64,000 bases of DNA from Orbicella franksi (GCA_964199315.1 OZ116703.1:3596001-3660000); one strand, 5' to 3'; shown: positions 1 through 12,420, numbered from the stretch's first letter. Notes: generated by a model not told the origin, from the sequence alone. A program made the numbers and translations.

Positions 1-1670
1 ATGCGAAAAATCTCTTACTTCAAATATCGAACACATCTGGCGCAGTGATGAAGAGGAAAAACCTAAACTAAAATCACAAGTTAAAATATAAATGGCCATG
101 GCTGTTTTGGTGTGAATTTTTAGCATTTTACGTGAATTCAAAAGAAATTATTACAATCTTTTATGAATATTAAAAGATCTGACCGCCAGTGTAACGATGT
201 TATTGAAGGTGAACACAAGAGAGAGCTTTTTAATTCAGGGTAACGATTGTACGAAAAGCTGACGTCAGGCGAGTAAACGACTGATCAATTACCTGATCAC
301 CTATTTCCCAATTTTTGTCTTTTGTAATCATTTCCTGATTTAGTTTCTGGTACTAAATAACAATAAACAATTTTAGCTGCGGTTTGGCTGCACTGCTACC
401 CCCGATTCGCTGTCTTCGCTGAGGGGAATTAAATTTATTTGCGCTCGTTTCAATTTCTAATTTGGAATCACCCGTGGCGTGGTAGCTTAATCAGAAAAAG
501 CGCCAACTAAATTGCATAATTACTTCATTTGTTTGATGATTCCCGAGCCAACTGGGAGGTGGAGAATTGCCCCTTTGTCATGGTCAAGCTGTGGTTAGCT
601 TTGTTCAACAAAACAGATCTACTTATTTTCGTCCCTGTTAAGGGAAAGATGAGTGAGAGGTTGGCGTCGCGGTTCTGAGAGATTTCGTCTCTCTGACGAC
701 AGATGAGCAACCAGATGGCTCCGCAAGAGAGCATGCGCAATGATCAGCCCACTCGACGCATGTGCGTCAGAGCTCGGAAACGCTGTCTCATTGAAGGTGT
801 CAGTACGTGGCTGTCATCATTCGTGAAAAAAAAAAACACGTTCTTTAACAAAAGCCGTGTAATCATGTCCTGCCTTTGCCGACTCGTTTCAACCCTTAGG
901 CATCGTCCTCGATAAGCGGAAAATAAATTGTTCCTTTTTCCTTCCTTCAGATATTGTCTCTCTGTTTTACCCGTGAAGGACTCATTGTTTCGCTAGTTCC
1001 GCACATAGTGTTATCATTAAAATGAACTAAAATGTGAAAATGCGCCAGCAAGCTTATTTTTATTGATGACCCAGGAGCTATGAAGTGCATTCAAATGCTT
1101 TCCTGTTCACTGAGGGCAGGTGGCACTCTTTCAACAGCGCGTGCGCATTCAATCGCAGCATTGTTTATAGCATCTTACGGATTCTGAATAACGAGAAATA
1201 TATTTTTTTTAAACCTCAGGGGGAAGCATTGAGCTTAAAGGAGATTGCCAAGGGTGATTTTCTCGCTCGCTTCGAACCAGTTGGATTGCACTTACGATCC
1301 GTCGAGACTCACTATATTTCACAGTTTTGCTCCCAAGAAGTCGAAACAGACTTTCACACTTTGGGTACCGAGTGCAAGATTTACTTTTTCGCAAGGCTGG
1401 ACCGCAATTACTGGTGTATGTTATTGACGGTTCGCACTAGAAGTTCGAGCACGAGAAAATTGTGAGACCTGGGCAAATTGTCTGAGAACTTACAAAGTAT
1501 TAAAGAGTCGCGCTGTTGAACTCTTTAACAAGCTATAATGCAGCGCGGGCGAATGGCTATGTGGTAAATAGGTCTTTGTGCCGTATAATTCAGTTTTATT
1601 TCTTATTCGCGTGGTTTAATATTCCAGAGAAAAGAAGAGGAAATTTGGTGCTCTTCCAGACGCAATTACG

Positions 1671-1718
1671 ATGAAAAGAGCAAGACTATAGTAGCGTATG
1701 CTTCGGCTATGTCGCTGA
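1671..1718 (+). promoter_or_regulatory. Two 6-codon upstream ORFs in the Kv3 leader: 1671-1691 (MKRARL*) and 1698-1718 (MLRLCR*), the second overlapping the main ATG out of frame
   Basis: ATGs at 1671 and 1698 are out of frame with the channel ATG at 1709; their stops end at 1691 and 1718. This is only relevant if the bases are in the mature 5' UTR. Confidence 0.4.
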
Positions 1719-2263
1719 AGGACATTCGGTTATCTTCTCCAGAGGACCCGCGTGCCAATGAAAAGGTCGTGATTAATGTTGGTGGTATACGGCACGAGAC
1801 TTACACAGGTACTCTTAAAAATATCCCTGATACAAGATTGTACTGGATCACAGAGAACAAAACACAGCTGCCGGAATACGACCCTAATACGAACGAGTAT
1901 TTCTTCGACCGCCATCCGACCGTGTTCGCGCAAATTTTGAATTTCTACCGCACGGGTAAGCTCCATTGCCCCAATGATGTGTGTGGCCCGTTATTTGAAG
2001 AGGAGCTGGCGTTCTGGGGAATTGATGAGCTTCAAGTCGAATCATGCTGCTGGTTGAATTACAAAAAACATCGCGAAGCGCAAGCGAATTTGGACACGTT
2101 GGACGGGCATGATTCTGACAGAGATAGCCTTTCCGACATGGACATGACCGTGTACGGCCTGGTCGCCGAAGGTATTAGGAATAGAAATCGCTCTTTATGG
2201 AGAAAATATCAGCCTAAAATTTGGACCACATTTGAGGAGCCTTATTCATCTCGCCTGGCTCAG
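1709..2263 (+). CDS. KCNC: Shaw/Kv3 voltage-gated potassium channel, coding exon 1 (T1/BTB tetramerisation domain)
   Basis: VINVGGIRHETY...EYFFDRHP...ILNFYRTGKLHCPNDVCGPLFEEELAFWGID...ESCCW is the Shaw-type T1 signature and contains the HX5CX20CC zinc site. The exon is 185 codons and ends at a CAG|GTTAGT donor (intron starts 2264, phase 0). Confidence 0.96.
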
Positions 2264-4439
2264 GTTAGTGACAAAGATCTGTATAAAAGAAAGACATGAT
2301 TCTAATTTGCGCTTCATTTTGCTTACGTATTGTCAATATTGTTCAATTTTACACGAATCGCTCAAGAACTGCAGAACTCTGCTTGACGCACCTATGTGAT
2401 ACGTATTAGGCTTTGACCATTTTATTTATTTGAATCTTATAGCTAGAATTAGAGTCGTTTAGTATTGTGTGAAAAATATTTCGACCAAGGTCAGTGTTAT
2501 TTTGGTTTCCAAGTGACACTAGCGATAAACTCTTCGGAAGGCGCATGATTTACCACTAAGTATTTTACGTGTGTACACTCGGTAGCGACAGAACACGGCG
2601 TCTGATTAACAACCCGGTATTGCACAGTTTCTTTTTCATTTTCTCATTAATCTGAATGTGATACAAAACTGTGGTATATTTTCTACGAAGAAATTTTCGC
2701 CAATTTATCCATATAAGCGACGCGTTGCCGCTTTGTCATTATGCAATCCGCATAAAGGAGAAAGCGATCGTAAACGCTCAAAGGCGACGTGGTAGTGTTT
2801 ATAGTTAATCGCTCTCAAACAAACAATCTTAAACGCGGACACTTAGGTCGCTCCAGATTAAATCCTTCTGCGGAATTATCCCGTTGATATTTCCTCTGCT
2901 TTTACGAGGATTTACGGATCAGTCACTCTGACGAAGAAGTCATATTAATAAACAATATGAGTTTGCGACCACAGAGTGAAACTGAAACCTGAATTTCAAC
3001 CAAGGTTTGCGGCAGGTGGCTGGCGAACACGAAAAAAGGAAATTAATTCGAATTGAAGTTTTGCATGAAGTTTTATCGTGAAGTTTTCCAAAATGAAAGC
3101 TTCTCTGACAGTGTTTTATGTTTAAATGGAAAAATTAATGAAAATTTATGGTAAATTGGTGATTTTTTGACACAATAGTGAATTTGCACTGTAGTAAATA
3201 AACCGCTATCACGTTCTTCATTCAGTGGTCGACATTTTCTTGAATTTTTCCTTTTAAACCCCTTCATTTCTAAAGAAAAATCGTTTTCTGTGCTTGGCAA
3301 AGTGACCGCGAAATTACCGATACTTAAAGATCTTTAGTTCAATCTATTTTGAAAATCAATTTCGCTCTAACATTAACTATAGTTATAAACACGATTTAAA
3401 ACGCTTGATGACGCATGCGTGTTAGGTCGGTCATCAAAATGGGTTGAATGAAATTTAATCTGAGTCAGTTTTCGATCGTTTTCAAGTCATAAACACACGG
3501 AGCTTGTATAGAATAAATTGCTTAGTATTAAGGTAGCGTTGCTGTAACAAAATAGAAAACTATCAGCACCTGCTTCGGCCTACGCGATTTTAATTTTCTA
3601 AAAGAAAAATGAAGGTTGAGTTCCGTTACTTAATAAGAACTGCACTAAAATGAAATAAATTATAAAATCTAAGCAGCGAAATAAGCAGTGAACAGATGTA
3701 TCTACTCTTTCTCTTACGCATGTAATTAAAGTTGTGGATGTTACCATTTTATTCCAAAACGTCATGTAGTAAAGTGTGAAATTTTTCATTTATTATCTCT
3801 TTAAATCTCACTAGGTTAAGCTAAATGGCGGAAGCAAACCACACCATAATTTCGCGAACCTTGTTGTTATAAAAGAATTGAAAGATTATGAAATATCTTC
3901 CACAATAGACACCGAGAAAAGAAATATGATATGTTGAGGTGAACATAACGCGCAGTAACACGCAGCAAAACCTCATCATTTGAAATTATACGTATTCAAG
4001 AAAAGATTGCCACATTGATTCGTTACAATTTTTTAATAGTCTTCGTTGTTAAGTGCATTTTTGTTTTTTTCATCTCACCTAGACAAGATGGAAAGGTTAA
4101 ATTATGTCGTTGATTCCTTCAGGCGCTCGTCACGTCTCGTTTATAAGACCCTTCAATAACAGCTTGTTAATAATGATCGATTTCATTATGCAAAGCACTA
4201 GCTAGTCAAAGTAGAAATGTCTTCATGTCCCGCAGATTTTCTCCACCGCTAATTGTTTACAATTAGATTTAAGCCATAGAGAAATTAAAACTTTGGGTCT
4301 AATTATACCTAAGAAAAGTGGTTGCAAAGTCTAACCCAAACACTCGGAAGTAAAGGCTTAGTGTGCAGTTTGGCCGGAGAGGCAAAATTTTGCTCATTAA
4401 GGATTTAGCCTTTATTTACTTTTTTCATTTATTTAATGA

Positions 4440-6020
4440 GTACATGGGGTGCGTGATCTGTTTTAGAATCATAGCTGATTTTTCCAACTGTGCAGTTCAA
4501 AAATACTTCATTTAGGAGTCATTATGTAAGCTTAAAAATCTGCTAGTTAGTTAGTAAATTCTATTGTAACGGACTGATTTTATTTTTAATCCAACACCCG
4601 TAAAATGCCCAAACTAGCGCGTCCATATGGCTTAAATCCAAAACCGAGCTCTGAAAAAGGGGAAAGAATTCCCTTTATGTGATGACACTTGCCGCGAGTC
4701 GGTCTTTGCATGGCTTTTACTCACAACATCGCATAGTGGCTATTGACCCTAAACAATTGTCCGATATGAAATTATTATGACGTTCATTGTCTAACTCTAT
4801 ACACATCTCCCTTCAGATAAGCACAGCTAACCTGCAAACAACTAAAAATAACCCATGACATTCGCACTCGATAAGACCGGTCTGACAGGTTTTTTACAGT
4901 CCTACTTGTCATGCGCATCGCTCCCTGATCGTAGAATGAACATATACTTCCGGGAATTACACGTGCTTTATCTTTAATGTCGTAAGTTCGGAACAATATT
5001 TAGGGAAATCGTGACATCAGTTTAAAAGAATAAAATACGTCGTTTGAAAGAGGAACTGTCGTGGGTAAAATGGGGAGAGATGTGCGGCTGTCCGGAAACT
5101 ATTCCTATACAGTGGAACCCTGTTCATACGGTCACCAACGGGCCATGAAATTTGATCCTATTAACAGGGTGACTGTATTAACCGGTTAGGGTCAATTTTC
5201 ATGACTGGTCTATTTTAGTGACGTCTTGACGGATATCACAATTGCACTTCTAAACAACTGTTCTTTCTAAATAAGCATTTGAAATGCAGGTATAATTTTT
5301 AAAAAAGTTGAAACTTCAATCAGTACTGCAGTGTGTTGTCGAAGAAGTTTATTCTGCTTGTTCATACACACCCCGTGGATGTGTGTGCTTTCTAGATTTG
5401 CATAATGTGCTAGCCTACTTAAATATGCGTACACAAAATATAACATACAGTAGGTGCTAATTCTCACGTGCCAATATGTTACAAGTACATACAATATTAA
5501 CAATGGAAAGATGAACATAACTGGTTCGAGTGGCCGTATCAACGGGGTAAAATTACAAAGGATTATACTGATCGGGATTTCAGAAAGTGGCCGTTAGCCG
5601 TATTAATGGGATGACCGGATTAACGGAGTTTTCTTACAACAAATGTATGGGCGTTTCGCCATGAGAGAAAAGGCTGGTCGTAATGACGAGCTGACCGTAT
5701 TAACGAGGTAAACGTAAGGGCGGGGTTTCACTGTACGTCTAGCCGAGTTGCTGATCCCAAGCAGGGTCTGAGGATCTCTCCCCCCCCCCCCCCTTCCTCT
5801 CCCCCACCCTCCCAAATTTGCTAAACACGAGCGATGCTTTTGGTTACTCTCATTTCTATAACGAATGGGTCACCAGTTTTACAATGTTTTCCCAACACTA
5901 CAACTCAAAACGACGTCATTTAGGAATAATTGTGTAAGCTCAAGAAGTCGCTAGTCAGTAAATTCCATTGTAACTAACACATGAAATGCCCAAACTTGTG
6001 TGTCAATATGCTTTAGTTTT
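4440..6020 (+). repeat. Old diverged direct duplication of about 150-200 bp in Kv3 intron 1 (about 4440-4635 and 5860-6020)
   Basis: Shared collinear blocks, e.g. tcatttagga...tgtaagct...agtaaatt(c)...attgtaac...aaatgcccaaact...atatg, occur in both places. Confidence 0.65.
5110..5733. mobile_element. Tc1/mariner (pogo/Tigger-like) MITE
   Basis: Terminal inverted repeats CAGTGGAACCC / GGGTTTCACTG are flanked by TA at 5108-5109 and 5734-5735. Related end fragments occur near 32922-33015 and 33320-33386. Confidence 0.8.
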
Positions 6021-6091
6021 TGCTAACCGTCATGATAGCTTTGTTTTGAGAGGTTGTGCAGAAGTTTATTGGAGCGTTTCTTCACGTAACA

Positions 6092-6477
6092 TAGGGAGTT
6101 TAAGAAAACCACAACGGCAACGTTAATGGGAACGTCGATGTACAAAAGGTTTATAACAAGCAGTACAATGGATATGCACGTGCGTTATAATTCTTGGTAC
6201 ATTTCTTTGCCATCCTCTGCAAAGCAACAACGTAAAATCACAAAATTCTGCGTTGTCTGGAGAACGTGAACCAGAACGGCTTATTTTTGAAATAATTTCC
6301 TTTCGAATTTAACTTTGTGTTCCATATTCAGTTTCGAGATAGTCTTGACAATGAGAAACAAACCAAATGAGTATAGAGTATCGAGAGAGTCGTAGGTAAA
6401 ATATAAATTCATTTTTTAATCGACGTTGTCCTCGACGTCGTTGTCATGGTTACTTAAATTCCCTATTAAACTCCCTA
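6092..6477. mobile_element. MITE with about 30-bp imperfect TIRs and a doubled right end
   Basis: Left end tagggagtttaagaaaaccacaacg; right end cgttgtcatggttacttaaattcccta followed by ttaaactcccta. A related internal sequence lies near 24960-25130. Confidence 0.7.
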
Positions 6478-6582
6478 ATAATTGTCGGTTCCTAAGTAAC
6501 TGTTCGAGATATTGCGAGTGCTGCTTTTCTTGCAAAGCCAAATCTCCCATTGATGACATTTTTTTTTTCTTTTTATTGGTAG

Positions 6583-9500
6583 GTTATTGCTTTCACGACA
6601 TTGATTCTTATTCTGACCTCCGTCATAACGTTTTGTCTAGAGAGCGTCCCCTACTTTGAGGACAAGTCGTCGACGCAATATGATGTGCTTTATGTTACTG
6701 ACATCATCTGTGTGGCTTGGTTTACCTTCGAGTTTGTCATTCGCTTTATCTTCTGCCCGAGGAAGCTCCAGTTTGTGAAGAAACCCATGAACTGGATCGA
6801 TTTCGGTGCGATCTTGCCGTTTTATGTGAATCTCTTAATCAAATCATCCAACATCAAGACCATTGTTGTTCTCCGCGTCGTCAGACTCATTCGCGTGTTT
6901 CGCATCTTCAAGTTATCCAGGCATTCCTATGGGCTCCAGATCTTGGGACACACTCTAAGGTCGAGTTGTAGTGAGCTGTTTCTCTTAGCCTTCTTCTTAA
7001 GCATAGGTGTGGTGATATTCTCAAGTATTATTTATTACGCTGAGAAAGACATTGTGAACACTAAGTTCACGACAATTCCAGCCTCCTTCTGGTGGGCCGT
7101 GGTAACCATGACTACGCTTGGCTACGGAGATATGGCACCTGAATCTTGGGAAGGAAAGATTGTTGGTTCGTTTTGTGCGATCAGTGGTGTTCTCATGATT
7201 GCGCTTCCGGTTCCGGTTATCGTTAGCAACTTCTCACTGTATTACTCGCACGCCAAAGCCAGGCTCAAGTTGCCGAAGAGGAAAAGACCGCTGATCATTG
7301 GTGCGGCTAACGCGCTCAAGGTCGCTCAGTCGTTTGTGACTCAAAGCAGCCCTAACATTTCCACGGGGATGGCGGAGAGAGAGGATCAAAACGATTCGGA
7401 CATGGACGATCCGCGCCCTAATAGTAGAGCACGTCGGTCGCCTCATACCAGTTTTCGCTCCACTCCACGTGGGAGTCCGATGCCGGGGCCAAGATTTCAA
7501 AACCCGAATACCATGATCACCCCTCCTTCACCAAGAAACTCACTGCTACCATCGGCATATGTCCCGAGACGAAGCAGCTTGTTGGCGGTGCCGGAGGCGG
7601 AACGAATCGAGATTGAAATGGAAGAACGGAACCCTTCTTGTACAGTATTAGTCAGCGAAGACAACTCATCGGAGTTGGCTACCAAAGAGAGTGTATCCCA
7701 GCAGTCATCACCTTCAGGAATTAATTTTATTTTCAGGACCCCCGACCAAACTTCTGAAGTGTCCTCAGTGACAACGACGCTGAGTCCGAAAAGAAGCGAA
7801 ACCGAGAGCGCGAGCTCTGCAAATGGAATCAAAACCCCGCCGACCGGTCGTCAACGAAGCACCTCCTCCACGCAATCCCAGTCCCTGTCCATAGACTCGA
7901 CGCAGGGATCACCCAAGCTAAATTCCCGCGGAAGGATGGGACGCCGTGGTAGCCTCTATGTAGTTGGATTTACAGCAAAACACTGGCAGAATTTGGCTTT
8001 GAAGAAGAATAAGAAGACACAATCTGCACAGACAGAGGCGGGTTCGCGTAGAGCCTCCGCTACCTCTGCCGATAGGAGGAGCTCTGCCACCCAAGGCGCT
8101 GCTACGAGCAGTTCTCGAAGAAACAGTAGCAAAGACGCCGATACAAGTGCCCAAAGTTTTCCTGAAAAAGTCTCCTCTCAATTACAATTGCAGCTAACTG
8201 CTTTGAAAGAGTCGGAAACGACGACGGAGACACGGGGAACGCAAGCCACAACTCCCCGTCAGAACGTCAGAGAAAATGGTGACAACGGGATGTGCGATGG
8301 AGTTGTTAAGCGGAATGAAAAGAACACTCAAACGTCCAAGAAATTCCGAAGTCGATCAGATGACAACGCACGATTCAAAGCTTCGCCGGTAAACAAATTA
8401 CGCGACGAGTATCGTAACGGAAAGTCAAGTGTAGTATCCGTCTCGATAGAGAGCAACGATTCCAGCGCGAGGATGTCCGACGACTCGTTAACGATTAACG
8501 ATCGACACCGACAGCGCCGCGGATCCTCCCCGCTGGTCCGACAAAAGGCCGTATTTACTTTCGATATCCCCGATCAGCTGGTCCAGGTAGATCCGAGTGC
8601 TAGAGGTAACGTCCCGGCCACCGCGAAGCGTAAACCTGCGCCGGCACGTGCACAGGAGGAGAATGGATTTTCTCTCTCTCCGCTCATCGAGCACAGCGAA
8701 CACGAGATTACAGAACAGAAAAAATACACGGACGCGAGGAGAAACTCTTGTATTCCAGCGATAACAATGGAACGGAAGAGTTCGAGCAAGCGAAGCAAGC
8801 CTGAAGGGCTACTGCCGAATGGATACGTTAATGGCTCGTATCACTATGATGACGAAGACAGGGTCATGGGCGAGAAACAGTTACCAACCATTTCTCACCA
8901 CCCTTTAAAAGCGTTATATCAAGATGCAGAGTTGCCTCGAACTCGAAGTGAAACTTTTCCGCTTTATTTTGCTGTGGCGGGGGACAGGTACCCATCCGTC
9001 CCCTCGTCGAGTCACGCTCAACCGTTTTACACAGAAGCTAAATCTCTTGGCCAGTACGCCGCACCTCCTCACTTACAGGTGCCAGCGCGCTCGGATTCAA
9101 ACTTACCGTCAATAAGTGAAGAACATGTGGTGTTTAACCACAAACAGCGTGGCATAGATGTGACTCGGTTAGGGGCACCAGCTATGTTGCCACGCCCCAA
9201 TTCCCTGCCTAACTGGAGTGGAAGTCTCGTGCGGCCTGTTGTCATGCATCGACCTCATAGTGACTCCGTGTATATGCACCACAGCGAAGCATATCCCTTT
9301 CCCTCGGAGATGGCGAACTCGATGGGAAGTCTTCGACACTCCCAAGGAATTCAACAGTTCCCTTCCCCGCCTATTACCCAAGGAAATCATCGAGGTCACC
9401 CGGTACGGCGGAACACTTACAGTTCATTTGAAGAACAGAGGGCAATTCATGACGCGGCTGATCTGGCTCAGAGGCGCCAAGGGCAAGTACTGTACGTGCA

Positions 9501-10470
9501 TGTACCGCCAATTGATCCCATCAGTGGGTCAGTGGCTGCTATGAACTTGGCTAGCGATCGTGACAGAATACCAGAAGTGTCACGCAATGACAAGACGCGC
9601 TCGAAGGGAAATAGCTGTGAGCACATTGCGTCACCTTTCTTCTTTCAAAAGACGGAGTCTATTTCTAGTCCAGACTTACATTCAATGAACGGTTCTTTTG
9701 CGCCAGAGCGGCTCTCGTCCAATCTTTCCAACAGTTGGCATCAGTCACCGGATCAAAGTGACAGGAAGAGACAGGCTGTTGACTTAAAAGTAAACGGGGT
9801 GAGTGCTAGTAATTCCAGTTACCCGTCGTATCCAAACAATCAAGCGCTCCAAACTCCCGATCATTCGGTTCCGAACAGTTTTCACGACGTTTCTACGGCC
9901 TACGGCTCGGAGCAGATCGAATTCGTGTCCACACTAGCTCAGTCCTCCTCGGATGGACGATCTCACGGGCAAACAGATGGTAGGGTGGCCGAACGCGAAA
10001 AAAGCGCGTCTTCACCGCGACTTGAACGATCAGACAGGGAGGTGATTTACAACGGGCATGAAGTGTTACAGCAGAGAGAGAGTTTAAGCAGGCCTGCAAG
10101 TGTTCCGGTGTTTAATCGTCAGCGCGCACGTGCTATGTTTGTTGGAGATTCGGGAATTGAAAGCGTGGGCAGTCTGAATTCTATAACTCACTCCGTGGAA
10201 TCCGAAGTGGAAGGCGGCAGCAAAGAGCGCAAGGAAAGCGTGACACATCCGAGTAACGCAAGGATCGACATCTTGAATCCCATTCATGAAAGCGAGACGG
10301 AAATCTCCGATTCAGCTCCGGCGGACAGCGCAAGAAATACGGCAAAGACATTTCCGAACGATGACTTAAACAAGAAAAAACAGCTTGTAATTGGCACCAT
10401 CAAAGTTAACGGTAGCCGCATGACGGATATGTTACGTAACCCGGATCTCTACGAATCCAGCTTAGTATAA
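6583..10470 (+). CDS. KCNC: Shaw/Kv3 channel, coding exon 2: S1-S6, pore and a roughly 1070-aa C-terminal tail; full protein about 1480 aa
   Basis: Acceptor tttttttctttttattggtAG ends at 6582 and is in frame with exon 1 (VIAFTTLILIL...). S4 is LRVVRLIRVFRIFKLSRHS, the pore is TMTTLGYGDMAP and the S6 gate is LPVPVIVSNF. The frame stays open for 1295 codons to TAA at 10468-10470. Confidence 0.97.
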   Translation, partial: VIAFTTLILILTSVITFCLESVPYFEDKSSTQYDVLYVTDIICVAWFTFEFVIRFIFCPRKLQFVKKPMNWIDFGAILPFYVNLLIKSSNIKTIVVLRVVRLIRVFRIFKLSRHSYGLQILGHTLRSSCSELFLLAFFLSIGVVIFSSIIYYAEKDIVNTKFTTIPASFWWAVVTMTTLGYGDMAPESWEGKIVGSFCAISGVLMIALPVPVIVSNFSLYYSHAKARLKLPKRKRPLIIGAANALKVAQSFVTQSSPNISTGMAEREDQNDSDMDDPRPNSRARRSPHTSFRSTPRGSPMPGPRFQNPNTMITPPSPRNSLLPSAYVPRRSSLLAVPEAERIEIEMEERNPSCTVLVSEDNSSELATKESVSQQSSPSGINFIFRTPDQTSEVSSVTTTLSPKRSETESASSANGIKTPPTGRQRSTSSTQSQSLSIDSTQGSPKLNSRGRMGRRGSLYVVGFTAKHWQNLALKKNKKTQSAQTEAGSRRASATSADRRSSATQGAATSSSRRNSSKDADTSAQSFPEKVSSQLQLQLTALKESETTTETRGTQATTPRQNVRENGDNGMCDGVVKRNEKNTQTSKKFRSRSDDNARFKASPVNKLRDEYRNGKSSVVSVSIESNDSSARMSDDSLTINDRHRQRRGSSPLVRQKAVFTFDIPDQLVQVDPSARGNVPATAKRKPAPARAQEENGFSLSPLIEHSEHEITEQKKYTDARRNSCIPAITMERKSSSKRSKPEGLLPNGYVNGSYHYDDEDRVMGEKQLPTISHHPLKALYQDAELPRTRSETFPLYFAVAGDRYPSVPSSSHAQPFYTEAKSLGQYAAPPHLQVPARSDSNLPSISEEHVVFNHKQRGIDVTRLGAPAMLPRPNSLPNWSGSLVRPVVMHRPHSDSVYMHHSEAYPFPSEMANSMGSLRHSQGIQQFPSPPITQGNHRGHPVRRNTYSSFEEQRAIHDAADLAQRRQGQVLYVHVPPIDPISGSVAAMNLASDRDRIPEVSRNDKTRSKGNSCEHIASPFFFQKTESISSPDLHSMNGSFAPERLSSNLSNSWHQSPDQSDRKRQAVDLKVNGVSASNSSYPSYPNNQALQTPDHSVPNSFHDVSTAYGSEQIEFVSTLAQSSSDGRSHGQTDGRVAEREKSASSPRLERSDREVIYNGHEVLQQRESLSRPASVPVFNRQRARAMFVGDSGIESVGSLNSITHSVESEVEGGSKERKESVTHPSNARIDILNPIHESETEISDSAPADSARNTAKTFPNDDLNKKKQLVIGTIKVNGSRMTDMLRNPDLYESSLV

Positions 10471-11799
10471 AGTAATTCGCTGCCTCCTTTTCAATCTTGA
10501 ACCCTAAGTCTTCGTTGTCCTTGACCTCTAGCCGAGAAATGAGATCGCTGGTCAATAGAAATGAAGATTCCGGCTGCTTGACCGCTGCTTGCTCCGTTAC
10601 GGTGGAGTTGACATTAGAGTGTAATGCGCATGCGTATTAGTACATTTTATGTAAAAGCAGGCTCTTTTACGTTTCCTCCAAGCGAGAAAGAAAAAATGTA
10701 CGCGAAGATAAGTTTTTTGTACTGAATGTTGATAATTACAGTTCTTGAAAAGTTGATTGTCGTCTGGCGTCTTTTAATGCAGCTAACTTGGAGAATACGC
10801 ACCAACTAACCTGTCAGGGCATACCGCTCATTCCGGCCATTAAGGACCGATCGATTTTTGCAGGTCACCATGGCAACAGATTTAAGTCAAGCCTTCGTCA
10901 ATTTTGGGCGAAAACTGAGTTTGCAGAAAAATTAGTGTCAACAGGAGCCATAATCGGGGACAAAGATCGTAAGCGCGTGCCATTTCTAGTATTTGGGCTA
11001 ACTCGGTAGTTATTCTCCAGAGCCTTGTACTGAGGTCTATTGTTTTAGGCTGAATTTTAATATATCGAAATTGGTCTATTCCCGAAATTTTTTATGCTTT
11101 TGGCCCACAACTCAATACGTTTATGTCTGTTTGAATTTTGCTTGAATTTTGCTCAAGTATTTTCTTCATAAGCTGCTGAAATTTGAGTTATAGTAAGACA
11201 GTGTCGAATTTAGGTATGTCCCGCTTAATATCGCTGACTAAGTTGTGTTCCGCTGCTTCTTTAACTACAATATAAGTGCAGGCGCGGGATTACGTGATTT
11301 GCGGCGGAACTCACTTCGCACAGCGGATTTATATAACGGACGTTCGAACCTCTGCGGAGGGGAGAGGAATCAAGTTATGTTTGCAAGTTGAGCAAATGCT
11401 AAAAAGACCAAAAAATTCGGTGCGTCATCATAATTTTCTGCTAGTGGCACAGATCCCGGGAGACTACTACGTGAAAGGCGGAATATTCGTCGTCTCATAA
11501 AGGAGAACGAATGAAAACAAAAACACTCCTACATACGTTGCTGGTGGTTTAGATAGATCTGATTTTAAATCTTTAACATTTCTCTATAGCTGAAGGCATC
11601 CATAGTTTCAAAGCAATTTTGTAAAGAAATTTGAGCAGCTTCAGAGAAACTGCGTCAAGAAGATTATGACCCATACGGCGCCGCACGCTATGTCCTTGGA
11701 AAACCATAAGAAAAAAAAGGTCCCGTATGAGGGCCGTACGCGTCGAAGTGGTAGGGCCAAGAAAACGCCTACGACCCCGCAAATTGATACGAGAAAGAA

Positions 11800-12420
11800 C
11801 TTTGTTGCTGCCAAATTTCGTTTTCTTCAAACCGATTGATGAAAGTGAACATTCTGACAGCGAATCTTACTATCCTGGCGAACTGTCCGACGCAAAACTA
11901 CTTCAGTTGCCAACTTAGTCCGAAAGCACAGAAAGAAAGCCAACACTCCTCGCAAATGAAGAAGTTCCCAACTTCATCAGTAGCCAACAGCAAAATGGCC
12001 AAATAAATAAAATGTTGACTGAGTGAGATCGGCCTTGATGGGAAAATATTTGCATTGGCTCTCGGTCAGGACGCACGGACCTAGCTTGCGAACAGACTCC
12101 TGGTGACCCCGATCACTTTACTCTCCGAATTCTTCTGTTTCGCGCTCGCCAAAATTTTTTTCTGTCCTCGCCGGGAGCCTGTTCGCAGGCTAGTACTTGA
12201 GATGTGACACACAGAGACAACAAAGGGACATGATTTTAAGACGTGAGTGACTTTGGAAAGTCCACAGGTCAAAAACAGACCACTCGCGGAGTAATTTTGT
12301 TGCCATAAAATGTTGATTATCTCCGTTAATTTGGTTTTTAAACGTTTAACTCTAAATCTAAATCTCACTCATAGAGTTAGAAATTTATATTGTGGTCTCT
12401 ACGGCCAAATCTCGAGATAT
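11800..12420 (+). mobile_element. Degenerate repeat resembling the N-terminal region of a Crypton-type element, with a nested hairpin MITE
   Basis: Translation DESEHSDSESYYPGELSDAKLLQLPT*SESTERKPTLLANEEVPNFISSQQQN resembles, from memory, N-termini of DUF3504/Crypton-like ORFs. It has an internal stop and no recombinase domain follows. Family assignment is an inference. Confidence 0.35.
12082..12192. mobile_element. Short palindromic MITE
   Basis: Termini tagcttgcgaacagactcc and ggagcctgttcgcaggcta are inverted repeats. The same terminus occurs at 30330-30398. Confidence 0.75.

Noticed and set aside
1085-1465. 126-aa ORF upstream of the Kv3 start
   Set aside because: No recognisable domain or coding-like composition; probably 5' UTR or intron sequence.
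5776-5813. C-run able to form a G-quadruplex on the minus strand in the Kv3 intron; a similar G-run occurs near 44215-44240
   Set aside because: Simple homopolymer-rich tracts at repeat edges with no evidence of function.
7234-10287. Multiple antisense and alternate-frame ORFs inside Kv3 exon 2, and likewise inside FAM124 and the 46548 ORF
   Set aside because: Shadow ORFs of GC-richer coding sequence.
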